Shown: positions 44,356 through 56,944, counted from the stretch's first letter. The stretch: DNA of 64,000 bases from Candidatus Marinacidobacterales bacterium (GCA_965219415.1 CBDCNP010000002.1:2528001-2592000), one strand, 5' to 3'. Numbers and translations are program-made. The notes: generated by a model from the sequence alone, not told the origin.

Positions 44356-44383
44356 GACAGTACTCCAATCCGCTGTTGAATAT

Positions 44384-45575
44384 TCAGCGCTTGAAAGGCG
44401 CGCTCAATAAATACTCAGCGGACCAGTAAAGTACGTCGGTAACGGCCGGCGTTCGACTGCCGTTTGCAATCGCGATCGCTGCTGTCTCGTGCTCTTCATC
44501 GAAAACGACAAGTGCCGCCGCGCCTGGGTCGCTGCCGGTGTGTCCCATATGCAAATTGTCGTTTAATGTCAGGCCCAACCAGAAAAGACCTTGTTGACGA
44601 TTAGGCTCCTCTTCGGTTGGGTAGGTAGTACTGCGAAGCATGGTCTCGATCGTACTAGCCTCTAGGAAACGGGCGCCGTTCACTTCGCCATTGTTGGTAT
44701 AAATCTTGATGAATGCCGCAAAATCCACGACCGACACTCGAAGCAGGCCAGTCGGGATAGCCAATGTGTGGGAGAGGCCTGAATTGCATCTCCTCATAAG
44801 CGTACGGCGTCGCCAACTGCAATCGGTCTATATCCGCGAGCATCCAGCCGGCGCTGGTCATTCCAAGCGGCGTAAATATCTTGTCCTGCGTGAACTGATC
44901 AACCGGTACGCCGGAAAGCCCTTCGACCAGGTGACCCGCCAACGCCATTCCCACATTGCTGTACGACCAAGTAGACCCAGGCGCTTGCGCTAGATAAGAG
45001 CCTGCCGTCGAGTACCATTCGCCATCGGGCGTCAAATAACCAATGAGAAATTGGCGCAACGGAATTGTCGGATCGCCGGGCGCAGAGAACGGCTGGCCCT
45101 CCCCACCGTAATTCTCGTCGGAGATACTGGAGGTATGAGTAAAGACCTGACGAAACGTGATGTCAGACCGGGGAAAAGTGGGGTGCTGCACGGTGAAGTC
45201 AATATGTTTCGATACTGGTTCATCCAATCGAAAAGTCCCTCTCTCCCAAAGCATCATGAGTGCCGTCCCGACAACCGTCTTCGACATCGAGCAGATGTGA
45301 AAAACGGTCTGGAGTGAGACCTTCCGCCCTCTCTCAACGTCGGCAAATCCGTATCCGCCATTGAACACCGTCTTGTCACGATGCACGAGAGCGACCGCAA
45401 TACCGGGTATGCCCGCTGCCGCCATTTTTTGTGTCAGGTCCGACTCATACTCGCTTTGCCACTCATCGCCTTCGTTTGACCAGACAACCGGCGGCCAAAG
45501 CAAGCCAAGAGTCAACGATACGCCGATCAGGGTATTGAACATTGCCGGTCGCCGTGCCGACCTATTCATAGTCAC
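44384..45575 (-). pseudogene. Serine hydrolase (beta-lactamase family), frameshift near 44750
   Basis: ICSMSKT, YSNVG in one frame; GLLRVSVVDF..GHTGSDPG in another. Confidence 0.82.
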
Positions 45576-45578
45576 GAC

Positions 45579-47087
45579 TTAATTGGCTCGGCTCATACTA
45601 TAGACCGGTCGTCCTGGATACACGTCGGGAACGACAGCACCTTCGTGAACCACCAGCGTGCCGTTAACCGTCACATATTCGAATCCTTTGGAGAATTGCT
45701 TCGCGTCCAGATACTTCGCGCCGGATGCGACGGTATTCGGGTCGAAGACCACGAGATCCGCATCGGCTCCAACCTGAACGCGTCCTTTGTGCTTCATTGC
45801 GGGCACAAAGTCCTCCAGGCGTTGCGCCGGCAGCAGGCTCATCTTGCGAATCGCATCCATAAGGCTAATCGCCCCCTTTTCTCTCACAAAATGTCCGAGA
45901 ACGCGGGCAAAGGTACCCGCCGTCCGCGGGTGTTCGTAACGGTCTCGGAGGGTTCCCGCATCCGAGGCCAAAACTATGTAGGGATCCTGAATCGCTTTGA
46001 TCAGGGTCTCTTCCGTGTTCATGTGCATGAGCACCCGGTCATCGCCGGACCCGTCGCGGAGTTGATTGAACTCTTCCCTCGTCAAACGCTTGCCGGTTGC
46101 TTTGGATTGAAGGTCTTGTGGCGTCACGCCCCAGGCCTCTTCCCAACCCGGGTCGAAGAACAGCGAACGTATGCGATCATTGGATGCATCCCAGGGATAC
46201 ATTTCCGCGGAGATATCAACGCCATGGTCTCGGGCAGCGTTCATAACCTTGATCATTTCGGGCGTGCTCGACATGGCCATGCTGTTGATGTGCACCACGT
46301 AGACGCACCCACCGCTGATGGCCGCGTTGGCAATAGCTTCCTGAATCGCCTCTAAGGTACTGTCCGGCTCGACCAGGCTCCCGTAGCGGACGTGGGTGAA
46401 CACGCACATGTTCGCATCGGCCGCCAATTGATGAACTTCCAGCATTTCCGGGCGCGTGATACCGGGAGCGTATTGGGTGGCGCTCCCGATCCCGATCGCG
46501 CCTTCATTCAAGCCCGCCAGCAAGGTGGGGAGGAAATCCTTGTAGGTGGATTCCGGGATAACCTGTCGAATGATCTCAATATCCGGATCCAGCGTGCCGG
46601 GTTCTCGTTCTTCCGCGAGATCCTGAAGGTGTCGTCTGACCGCCGTATGATCGATACTCGCGCCATAGTTGATCAGCTCCTGCCCTTGTTTTGAGTCGTA
46701 CCATGACCTGACCGGAAAGACGCCTAGTTCCAACTCCAGTCGCGTTGTTCGGCCGTCCATGGCCTGATAGGTTGCCGTCTCGTAGCCCATCGAATGCGAA
46801 TGAAGATCGATAAACCCGGGTGCCAGAACCAGCCCTGTCGCGTCGATGCGGATCGAGCCGGTCAGCGATTCATCCGATATAGCAGCGATTTTGTCGCCGG
46901 AGATACCGACATTTCGAATCGCATCCAGATTCGTTTCGGGATCCAAAACCCGAGCGTTGCTGAACACCAGATCGAAGTCGCGCGCCTGTGCTTGCACGGC
47001 GGTTGGGAAAGAATCACCGGAAAAAGCGGAGACCAACGCCGTTAGACCGACTAGCGCGGCACAGATACTTGTGTATTTCGTTCTCAT
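45579..47087 (-). CDS. Secreted amidohydrolase (D-aminoacylase/D-glutamate deacylase-like)
   Basis: Signal peptide; PGFIDLHSH, ASD, HPRTAGTF, GADADLVVFDP. Confidence 0.88.
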   Translation of the reverse strand: MRTKYTSICAALVGLTALVSAFSGDSFPTAVQAQARDFDLVFSNARVLDPETNLDAIRNVGISGDKIAAISDESLTGSIRIDATGLVLAPGFIDLHSHSMGYETATYQAMDGRTTRLELELGVFPVRSWYDSKQGQELINYGASIDHTAVRRHLQDLAEEREPGTLDPDIEIIRQVIPESTYKDFLPTLLAGLNEGAIGIGSATQYAPGITRPEMLEVHQLAADANMCVFTHVRYGSLVEPDSTLEAIQEAIANAAISGGCVYVVHINSMAMSSTPEMIKVMNAARDHGVDISAEMYPWDASNDRIRSLFFDPGWEEAWGVTPQDLQSKATGKRLTREEFNQLRDGSGDDRVLMHMNTEETLIKAIQDPYIVLASDAGTLRDRYEHPRTAGTFARVLGHFVREKGAISLMDAIRKMSLLPAQRLEDFVPAMKHKGRVQVGADADLVVFDPNTVASGAKYLDAKQFSKGFEYVTVNGTLVVHEGAVVPDVYPGRPVYSMSRAN

Positions 47088-47555
47088 ACTATTACCTCTC
47101 GTTTTCCTATTACTAATAGTCCTCGCACTAGAGATTTTTCTGGTGTTGATCTATAACGGACCTATACTTCGCAAAGTCGTAGCTGGCGTCCGCGTCCACA
47201 ACGAAATATTCCAGCATCTCAAGTGGTATCACCGGCAATGGTCGTCGGTTGAGAAGCACGTACCGTTTCAGGTGAGCCTCCGACCGGTCGCGCGCTCTAC
47301 GGTGGAGGTTTTTTCGGACTGCGGCCAGCATTGTGGAGGCCTCGCTCAGTACCTCGTCGGCACTATACCATTACCCACACCCGCGACCTACATTCTCGCG
47401 GGCATCGAAACTTCCACGACATCGAGGCACCCACTCATAAGCCCCTTTTGGACTGTTATGGACTCTTGCCCAACCGTTGCATCCCAAAGCACGGGGCGCA
47501 TTACAATCTCATTCCCTATGGAATTCTTGCAACTTGTCTAGCAGGAGTGAACAGT

Positions 47556-50500
47556 ATGAAGGGGGACAATTCTGTGGCTCGCATTGTTTCTGTTTGGCGC
47601 CGTTTCGGCCGCCTTCGCCGGGGACACTCGCTTTCTGCACCAGCCGGATATCAGCGCCGAAAAGATCGTCTTCGTTTACGGAAACGACCTGTGGACGGCG
47701 CCGAGAAGCGGTGGCGACGCGGCCCGCCTGACTTCCCACCCGGGTGTCGAGTCCCGCCTCAAGTTCTCACCGGACGGCACGTGGATCGCTTTCTCGGCCG
47801 AATACGGCGGGGCAACATGGACGTCTTCGTCATCTCGTCCCGAGGGGGCCCGCCGCGACGCATCACCTACCACCCGGGGGACGACCGTGTCCAAGGCTGT
47901 CACCCGACGGCGCCAAAGTTCTTTTCAGCTCCAGGCGGTATAGCAATCACGATCGTTCGCAGCTTTTGACCATCGGTGCCGAAGGGGGCTATCCGGAGTC
48001 GTTTCCCATGCACAAGGCCTTCATGGGTGCTTTTTCACCGGATGGGAAGAAGCTTGCCTTTACACCCAACCGGAACGCCTTTCTTACCTGGAAGCGCTAT
48101 CGAGGGGGCGAAACGACGCCGATATGGTTGGTCGATCTGGAAGACTACTCACACGTGGAGATCCCACACGAAAACGCGAGCGATACTTTCCCGGTGTGGC
48201 TGGACGATTCGGTCTTCTTCTTGTCCGATAGGAACGACGTCATGAGCCTCTTCCGTTATGACACCAAAACCGGCGCGGTCGAGGAACAGGCCGACAACGG
48301 CATGACCGATATCGACTCTTTGTCGGGGGCCGGTGACAATCTGGTCTACTCCAGCGGCGGGTACCTGTTCGTCTACGACATCGCAGGCCAGAGTGCCCAG
48401 AAAATTTCGGTGAGCGTGCGCGACGACCGAGTCCAGACCGCGCCTCGTTACAAGAACGTCTCCGAAGAGATAAGGTCGGGGGACATTTCTCCCGACGGGT
48501 CGCACGTGGTGTTCGAAGCACACGGAGATCTGCTCATCGTCTCGGCGGAAACCGGCAAAATCCGAAACCTGACACGGGCACCGGGCTCCGCAGAGCGAGA
48601 TCCCGCCTGGTCGTCGGATGGGAAGTCCATCGCTTATTTCTCGGATGTTGACGGTGAGTATGCCCTTCATGTTGCGGATCAATCCGGTGCTGACCCCATC
48701 ACCAAGATTGGCTTAGGAGGGCAAGGATTCTTCTCCGGGCCGGTGTGGTCGCCCGATAGTCAGAAAATAGCCTACGCCGACAAGACGGAAAGATTATGGT
48801 ATGTCGACACCACGACCCGGAAACCGACGCCGATCGATTGCCGTACCGGGTGCAGCGATATTTATGTGTGGTCTCCAGACAGCCGTTGGCTGGCCTATGG
48901 GGATATGCATTCAACGCTTTTCCGGAGCTTGAAGCTCCATTCGATCGAATCCGAGGAAACCATGTCGGTGACCGATGGCATGGGGGACGCTTACTCGCCG
49001 GCGTTCAGCCACGATGGAAGGTACCTCTTTTTTCTGGGAAGCACGGATGTCGGCCAGGTCAACACCGGTCTCGATCTATCGACGGTGGCTCACCGGAACG
49101 AAGTCACTTGGGAGATCTTTGCCGTTCTTCTGCGCAAGGACGTAGCGAATCCTTTCGCGCCCGGAGGCTCGGTGGACGGCCAGGGACCCGACACGGAGAA
49201 GACACCCTTCCGCATCGAAGGGGGCGGTATCGAGGGGCGGATCGTTCGACTGCCGCTACCACCGGGTCGGTACTCGAATATCAAAACGGGCGCAGATGGG
49301 ATGCTCTTCTTCCGCGAGCAACCCTCGGAACGAACCTTCGGTGGGAAACCGAAGCTGCGCCGCTTCGATATGCGGCAGGGCGAGGCGAGCGATTTCTTGA
49401 CCAACGTCAGTGCCTATGACGTCTCCGCGGAAGGTGAGACGGTGCTCTATTCGGCGGAGGAGGATTGGGGGATCGTGCCCGCCGGGGGGAGCCCGGAAGC
49501 GGGGGCAGGGAAGTTGGACGTCTCGGGGATGGAGATCTTCGTGGATCCTAGGGCCGAATGGAAACAGATGTTTCTGGAAGGTTGGCGGATCGAGAGAGAT
49601 TTCTTCTACGACGACGATATGCATGGGGTCGACTGGGAAGCGATGCGCACCCGTTACGAATCCTATCTCTCGGACGTTCGTTACCGATCCGATCTGAACT
49701 ACGTGCTTGGTCAGATGGTGGGGGAGCTCGTCAACAGCCACATCCGCGTGGGCGGGGGCGATATGCCCAAGGTGGATCGAGTTCCCGGCGGACTTCTGGG
49801 CGCCGACTACGAAGTCGTGAACGAGCGCTACCGGATCAAGAAAATCATCACCGGCTCGTACTGGGACCGCGGTGAAGAAAGTAACCCGCTCATCGTTCCA
49901 GGGGTGGATGTCAAGGAGGGCGATTATGTTCTCGAAGTCAACGGTCATGACCTTCGTTACCCGACGAACATCCACTCGCTCTTCGTGAAGACCGCCGGCA
50001 AAGAGGTGACGCTGCGGGTGGGCCGGGCCCCGCGACTTGAAGCATCCCGTGTGGTGACGGTGGTTCCCCTCGAAAGTGAACGGGCCCTTCGCCGGCGGGC
50101 TTGGATCGAGGACAGCCGGAAGAAGGTCGACGAGCTCTCGGGCGGTCAGATCGCCTACATCTATCAGCCCGATACCGGCCGCGATTCGCTTCGGGAGTTC
50201 GACCGATATTTTTTTCCGCAATCGGACAAGGTGGCGGTCATCATCGACGAGCGGTTCAACGACGGGGGTGACGATCCCGATTACCAGCTCGACATCTTGG
50301 ACCGGCAACAAGTGCATTGGTATGTGACGCGGAACGGCGGGCCCTTCAAGTCTCCGTTCTCGATGATCGATGGCCCCAAGGTCATGCTCATCAACGCCGA
50401 GGCCGGATCGGGAGGCGATGTCTACCCCTATCAGTTCCAGATACGGGGGCTTGGAAAAACGGTGGGAACACGGACCTGGGGCGGCGTCATGGGAGGAGGC

Positions 50501-50776
50501 GGCGGGCCTCGTCTCATGGATGGCGGGTTCGTGCGGGCACCGGACCTGGGCACTTATAGTCCGGATGGAGACTACGTACTCGAGAACAGCGGCCACACAC
50601 CGGACTTCGAAGTCTACGTCTACCCGACGGACGACTTCGAGGCGCGGGATCCCCAACTCGAGAAAGCCGTGGAAATCATCGTGGAGGAGCTCCGGCAGAA
50701 GCCACCCAAGAGCATTCCCGCTTTCGAGAAAGTCGACCGGTCACTGAAGAGGGGAGACAAAGGAACAAGCCAATAG
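47556..50776 (+). pseudogene. Tricorn protease (S41) homologue with three N-terminal frameshifts (about 47563, 47810, 47900)
   Basis: MKG|TILWLALF..RFLHQPDIS; PD40 repeats; WKRYRGG; GELVNSH; GSGGD; GTRTWGG; DPQLEKAV. Confidence 0.88.
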
Positions 50777-50856
50777 TCTTGAGCCATGCTGACCGACGCG
50801 GGCGCGGGGCGCATACAATCCCCGACGGAACAAGAAATAAGAGAGGGAGAAAACCG

Positions 50857-52807
50857 ATGAGGGAAAGAACAAGACCCACGATCATGCTGGTGCTGTTTCT
50901 CCTTTTGTGCACGGCGGGCACGGCGATGGGGGCGGCCGAGCTGACTCCCGAGCAGGCCATCCAGGTGCGTCGTGTGTCGGATCTGCAGTTGTCGCCTGAT
51001 GGCAGCCGGGTGGCCTTCGTGGTGACCGAGCCGCCAGTGGGGGACCGGCAGAACCGGGATATTTACGTATTGGAGGTGGCAGGCAAGCAGGTGCATCGCT
51101 TCACCACCTCGCCGAAGCCGGACCGTTCGCCGCGGTGGTCGCCGAACGGGAAGACGCTGGCGTTTCTCTCCAACCGCGAGGAGGCCACACAGATTCATTT
51201 GTTGCCTTTGTCGGGGGGCGAGGCGCGGGCGTTGACGACGGGCAAGAGCGGGGTGGAGGAGTTCGAGTGGTCGCCGGACGGGAAGAGGATTGCTTTTATC
51301 GCTTCCGAGGCGAAGAAGGAGGAGGAGGAGAAGCGGGAGAAGGAGAAGGACGATGCCTACGTGGTCGAGCGGTCGGAGAAGCGGCCGCAATTATGGGTGA
51401 TCGAGGTCGAGACGGAGGCGGTGAAGCAGTTGACGCGAGGGAGGTGGGAAGTTGGGAGTCCGGCGTGGCTGCCGGAAAACCGGTTGCTGGTGATCGCGAG
51501 AGACCATCCCGACTGGGATTTGGAGGGGGAGAAGAAGCTCTATTCGATCTCCGCCGACGGCGGGCAGATGACGGTGGTGGCTCATCCGCGCCACTCTTTT
51601 GGGAGCGTATGGCCCGTATTCGTTCCGCCAAAGATTTCTCCCGACGGGCAAAGCGTCGCCTATCTAGGGGCGCGCAACGATGGGTTCGATGCCCACGATC
51701 TTCACCTCCAGCCTCTTTCTGGTGGGCCCTCCCGGAATCTGACCGGTGCTTCGATCGATCGGCCCATCAGTGCGTTCCAGTGGCGCAAGGACGGGAGTCT
51801 TCTGGTGTTGGCGCAGACGGGGTTTTCGACGACCTTCTATAGCGTTAGCAAAGAAGGGCGGGCGCGCAAGGGGGAAACGCTTGAGGTGCAACCGGGCAGT
51901 TTTGTGGAGGGGGCCGATTTCCTGGCCTTTGCGGGGGAGACGGCCACCCGGCTGCCTGAGTTGTGGCTCTCGCGGCGCGGGGGTCCGGCGGAGAAGGTGA
52001 CCTCCTTCAACAAGGAGTGGGACGCCATTACGTTGGTGAAGCCGGAGATCATCCGGTATCCCAGTTTTGATGGGACACAGATCGAGGCGGCGCTCTACAA
52101 GCCTGCGGGGTACCGGGAAGGCGCCCGCGTGCCTCTGGTGGTGCTGGTTCATCAAGGCCCCACATTCCACTACGCCGACAGTTTCTACGACTGGGCGCAG
52201 CTTCCTGGCGGGACGAGGCTTTGCGGTGATCACCCCCAACATTAGGGGTTCAACCGGTTATGGTCACGAATTCGTTCTCTTGAACCGCTTTGAGTGGGGC
52301 GGGGGCGACTACAAGGATGTCATGGCCGGGGTTGATTACCTGATTGAGACAGGGATTGCCGATGCGGAGCGTCTGGGAGTTGGTGGTTGGTCTTACGGAG
52401 GCTTCATGGGGGCCTGGGCGGTGACGCAGACTGACCGCTTCAAGGCCAGCGTCTCCGGCGCGCCGATGACCGACCTGGCCAGCGAATTCGGCACCGAGGA
52501 CTCTGGGACCAATCCGCTTGACACGTGGAACCTCGGCACCCCCTATGAAAATCTGCATCTCTTTGTCCAATTCTCCCCCATGACCTTTGTCAAAAACGCT
52601 AAGACTCCTACGTTGCTCCTGTGTTGTGAGAAGGATACCGTCGACCCGATCGGCCAGTGCCAGCAGTTCTATCGAGGGTTGAAGCGCTACGGTGTGGAAA
52701 CCGAGTTTGTGATGTACCCGCGCGAGCCCCACGAACCTCAGGAGGAGAAGCACCGGATCGATGTGTTGAAGCGGATGCTCCACTGGTTCGAAAAGATCCG
52801 GAGCTAG
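50857..52807 (+). pseudogene. S9 family (acylaminoacyl/prolyl oligo-) peptidase, frameshift near 52204
   Basis: WSPDG propeller repeats; PNIRGSTGYG; GWSYGG; D and H triad region. Confidence 0.88.
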
Positions 52808-52933
52808 GCCGCCCAGTAAGGACACTTCCTGTCGTCCTGTGGCCAATCGGTCGAGCGAGGCGGAAGGACCTTTTTTTGCAATCCAAGCGGCTTATGCAAA
52901 CTTCGTGGTTCCGCGAGCCGAGAATGCTGGTGC

Positions 52934-54688
52934 TTAATTGTTTTCTGTTGACAGTAAAACTTTCCCGTTGAGGGTTTTGTTATATTCGGCGTTTTCTATG
53001 CTTATTTTTCCGTTGACAATCACATATTCGAACCCCGTGCTGTACTGGTGAGGGTCGAGAAACGTGGCTTTATCCTCGACTTTTTCCGGGTCGAAGATAA
53101 CAACATCGGCCTTGTATCCTTCCAATAGCAATCCTCGATCCTTCAGTCCGAGGAATGAGGCAGGAAGGGAGGACATCTTCCTGACTGCATCTTCCAAGCC
53201 TATTACCTTCTCTTCCCGGACGTATTTTCTGAAAACTCTGGGGAAGTTACCGTAGTTGCGGGGATGAACGGGGTGTTTTGCGTCGAGCGGTTGACCGGAT
53301 CCATCACTCGCGAACATCAGCCACTCCTCTTTCATTACATGCTTCATGTCATCTTCTGACATCCAGTCCCCGCTGACATACAGGTCCTCTTTTTCCTCTA
53401 TGTATAGATCTGCGGCCACATCGAACGGGTCTACAGGAGGAGAAATTGACCAGAACAGACTGTCCAGGACCTGCTCCCTCTTTCTGTCCTCTGCCGCCTC
53501 AGCTAGAGTCTTGCCGAGCAGATGGGTGTTCTTCTTGGCTCTTGTGATGCACAAAGAATCCCAGTAAAACATCATTACGTAATTTGAACACTCGAGACAT
53601 CCTTCGGCGGTCAATTTCTTGATTCTCTCCCGCTTCGTGGGATCAGAAAGTGCTTTTACCAGTTCGTCGCTATACTGCTGTCTAAACTTCTCCCTGTCTT
53701 CATCTGGCAGGTCTCGATCCCTCATTTTTTTCCTCAATCTTGCCAAAGGCTCCATGTCGCCGGGAATGTTAAAGACAGATGATAGCGACCCTCCTCCCGC
53801 CTCCGCGTAGGAATACATGTCTGCGGTGATGCTTAGCCCTTTGGCCCGAGCGTCGTTGATTACTTTCACAGCCTCTTTCATCAATCCCCAAGCACTGCTC
53901 TTCCCCCCCGCCTTAATATGCGTCACATTGCCGGGTATGCCGGCCTCTTCGCTGATTCTTATCGTTTCCTCAGTGGCTTCGACCATGTATTTTCCTTCAT
54001 GGCGCTGATGGCTGTTGTAGACTCCTCCGTATTCAGCGACAACCTTGCCGAGCGCAATGACTTCTTCCGTATCGGCATAGCGGCCGGGGCGGTACTGTAG
54101 GCCTGTACCCAAACCCCAGGCTCCTTCCTCCATTGCCTGCCTGACAATCGACTTCATTTTTTCTAGCTCTTTTTCCGTAACGGCCCGGGGTGCCTCGTCA
54201 GTGACATGTTCGCGGACAGTGCCGTGCGGCACCAGAAGGATGGCATTGGTTCCGATACCTAGTTTCTCCCACTTCGCTTTGGTCTCGGCGATCTCGAATG
54301 AACCGCCTCCGTCATTACCGGTCACAACCGTAGTAACCCCTTGAGTAAGAATGCTGAGATTGGCGTTCGACTTTCGACTATCGAAGCTGTCATCGGAGTG
54401 GCTGTGCAGATCGATAAATCCCGGGGAGACGACCATTCCTTTGGCATCGATGATTTTGCCTGCCTTTTTTCCTTTAAGGTGTCCTATAGCCATGATGGTG
54501 TCTTTTGAAATTCCGATGTCTCCTCGAAACCAGGGATTTCCTGTTCCGTCGACAATCTTTGCATTTTCAATAAGGACGTCAAATTTCTCTTCGCCGCTGT
54601 TAGAACCTATGGCCGTGCCAGGATTTGCAGCGGAAGCGATTATCACAATCAGGACAGCGAAAAACATAACTAAACGATGTCTCAACAT
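52934..54688 (-). CDS. N-acyl-D-amino-acid deacylase family amidohydrolase, secreted, AT-richer
   Basis: PGFIDLHSHSD, QGVTTVVTGNDG, HPRNYG; homologous to 31259-32956. Confidence 0.9.
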   Translation of the reverse strand: MLRHRLVMFFAVLIVIIASAANPGTAIGSNSGEEKFDVLIENAKIVDGTGNPWFRGDIGISKDTIMAIGHLKGKKAGKIIDAKGMVVSPGFIDLHSHSDDSFDSRKSNANLSILTQGVTTVVTGNDGGGSFEIAETKAKWEKLGIGTNAILLVPHGTVREHVTDEAPRAVTEKELEKMKSIVRQAMEEGAWGLGTGLQYRPGRYADTEEVIALGKVVAEYGGVYNSHQRHEGKYMVEATEETIRISEEAGIPGNVTHIKAGGKSSAWGLMKEAVKVINDARAKGLSITADMYSYAEAGGGSLSSVFNIPGDMEPLARLRKKMRDRDLPDEDREKFRQQYSDELVKALSDPTKRERIKKLTAEGCLECSNYVMMFYWDSLCITRAKKNTHLLGKTLAEAAEDRKREQVLDSLFWSISPPVDPFDVAADLYIEEKEDLYVSGDWMSEDDMKHVMKEEWLMFASDGSGQPLDAKHPVHPRNYGNFPRVFRKYVREEKVIGLEDAVRKMSSLPASFLGLKDRGLLLEGYKADVVIFDPEKVEDKATFLDPHQYSTGFEYVIVNGKISIENAEYNKTLNGKVLLSTENN

Positions 54689-54757
54689 TTTTTTTCCTCC
54701 TTTCTTGAGAAATTGAGTCTGTCTGTGTATTTTTCGAATCATTGAGTTTTAGTCTGT

Positions 54758-55567
54758 TCACATCAAGATTCTGTCGATCTCCTCTAAAGCCTTCTGAATA
54801 TCCTCGGCTTCATTATAGAGATGGGGCGAGAATCTTATGAAGTCCTTTCTGGCTGAGACCATCACTTTTGCTTCATTGAGTTGTCTAGCAATTTCAGATG
54901 AACTTTTTCCTGGGAAGCGAGCGGCAACTATGGATGACCGTTCTTCGTCATTCCTTTGGTGAGATAATTTCCGCGTTTCGCTCCTCTAACCCCTGAATAA
55001 GCAGAAAAGATAGATGCTTGTTGTGCTCGAAGATTCTTTCCACCCCTACTTTTAGAAGGCATTCAATGGAGCGTGCCAAGCCAAGAGGAGAGCCGTAGGC
55101 CATGGTGCTAAACTCAAATCGCTTGGCCGTATCTGGGTATTCCAACCGGTCTGCCTGAAAATCCCACATGTCTTTATGACTCCGCCAGCCGACCAAACCA
55201 GGTTCCAATTTATTCTGTAAATTGGGTGCTAGATACATGACTGCAACTCCGAATGGCCCGCAAAGCCACTTGTAGGCCGAGCTGACTAGCGCATCAACCT
55301 CCGAAGTCGTGACGTCTACCGGAACCGCACCCGCAGATTGGGTGGCGTCTATGACGAGCAAGGCACCATGAGCGTGAGCTTTATCAGCCATGAGTGCCAG
55401 ATCATAGAGCTGGCCGCCCCCATACTCAACATGAGAGAGGCAGACTATCGATGTTCTATTGTCAATCAACTGGATTACTTTTTCAGGGTTGACATATCCA
55501 TTTTCCCCTCTCGCCCATCGGACCTCAGAGTTCATGTGTCTGGATACGCGAATCCAGGGATAGATTG
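54758..55567 (-). pseudogene. Class V PLP aminotransferase, 5'-truncated by IS256, frameshift near 54955
   Basis: IDATQSAG, SSAYKWLCGPFG; tail IRFSPHLYN in a shifted frame. Confidence 0.85.
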
Positions 55568-56939
55568 GAGCTCTTGTCAATAGGTGTGTAAAAAAGTTCA
55601 GGCAGCAGCAACCTTCGACGACTCCGTTACCCTGTCTCCATCTTCAAATCGAACGCCCAGGTGAACCTCTCGCATCAGCTCCGGTGCGTTGAGCCGGCGA
55701 AAATTCTTCTCCGCAACCAGAAGCAGTTTGAAGATTGTCGCAGTGGCGGACTCGACTTTCTTGAACCTTTTGGCCGCATCCGTTCTCAATCTCAGTGCAG
55801 CGAACGGTGACTCCACGACGTTGCTCGTGCGAAGGTGTTGCCAGTGAGGCTTGGGAAAGGAATAGAAGCTGACCATCCGCTCCCAGTCCTCGTCGAGCAC
55901 GTGCGCGGCCCCCGGAAGACCCTTGCGCAAGCACCAATCCTGGAACTTGGCCTTCTTCGTCTCGCACTCCTGCAGGCTGGTGGGGTAGGGGATCGCCGTC
56001 AACAGCGGCTTGGCCTGCGCCTGGTCCCTTTTCGGAATCCGGTCCAGTACGTTGAGGATTCGGTGGTTCCAGCACCGCTGCTCCTCAGCTTCTGGAAATA
56101 CGTTTCGGGTCGCGGCCCAGATGTCGAGATGACCGTCACCGATCACCAAACGGGGACATCTCAGACCGCGCTTCTTCAGTCTCCGTAGCAGCGACGACCA
56201 TGACGCTTCGGATTCTCGATGCCCGGCCTCCAGCGTCAGGACGATTTTCGTCCCGTCGGACAGGCCACCAACCGCAACTAGCACCGCCGCCTTGTCCTTC
56301 TCAAGGCCGGCCTTCACGTACACGCCATCTACCCACAGGGACACGAGCTCGAGTTCGTCCAGTGGGCGAGCTAGCCACTGCTCGTACTCTCCCTGCCATT
56401 TCTGTTTCAGCCGCGACACCGTGCTGGAAGAAAGTGGAGCGTCCTCCCCTAGAAGCCCGCGGAGCGCCAGATCGAAATCTCCGTGAGCTAGTCCATGCAG
56501 GTACAGCTCCGGAATCAACTCGCTCACCGTTTCGCTCCGACGCTTGAACAGCGGAAGCACTCGACTTTCGAACCTCTCCTCCACGTCCCCTACTCTCGGC
56601 CGGCGAACCGTCACTGTGCCCACGCTCATCGTCAGCTTCCGAGGCTTACCGTATCCATTTCGATAGCCCGCCGTTGTGTCCACGGGCTTCCGTCTCTCCG
56701 ATTTCTCACGCCCGAGAAGCTCCGTGACTTCGGCTACCATCAGCTCCTGCACCCAATCCTGGATCTCGAGCCTCGCCCACTTCTCCAGCGACTCCCAAGC
56801 CACCCTTGACGAGCTCCGTCGTCTTGTGGTCTTTTCCTTCATGGCGGTGTCTCCTTCCGTTGGCCCCTTCACGCCGTGTTTCGTGACGCGGAAGGTTACT
56901 CCGCCTTTACTTTATTTCCACACCTTCTGAGGGTAGCTC
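55568..56939 (-). mobile_element. IS256-family element (distinct from the one at 11734)
   Basis: Ends GAGCTCTTGTCAATAGGTGTGTAAAAAAG / GAGCTACCCTCAGAAGGTGTGGAAATAAAG; no target duplication. Confidence 0.9.
55598..56842 (-). CDS. IS256 transposase
   Basis: GYRNGYG, WVDG, IGDG, QRCWNH, TSNVVESPF. Confidence 0.93.
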   Translation of the reverse strand: MKEKTTRRRSSSRVAWESLEKWARLEIQDWVQELMVAEVTELLGREKSERRKPVDTTAGYRNGYGKPRKLTMSVGTVTVRRPRVGDVEERFESRVLPLFKRRSETVSELIPELYLHGLAHGDFDLALRGLLGEDAPLSSSTVSRLKQKWQGEYEQWLARPLDELELVSLWVDGVYVKAGLEKDKAAVLVAVGGLSDGTKIVLTLEAGHRESEASWSSLLRRLKKRGLRCPRLVIGDGHLDIWAATRNVFPEAEEQRCWNHRILNVLDRIPKRDQAQAKPLLTAIPYPTSLQECETKKAKFQDWCLRKGLPGAAHVLDEDWERMVSFYSFPKPHWQHLRTSNVVESPFAALRLRTDAAKRFKKVESATATIFKLLLVAEKNFRRLNAPELMREVHLGVRFEDGDRVTESSKVAAA

Positions 56940-56944
56940 AGCCT

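Noticed and set aside
47100-47550. Short ORFs between the amidohydrolase and tricorn genes
   Set aside because: No recognisable motif or RBS; may be a gene scrap or intergenic DNA.
47556-47910. Programmed frameshifting or phase variation in tricorn and other genes
   Set aside because: Homopolymers are only 3-5 nt and lesions are multiple; decay or sequencing error is more parsimonious.
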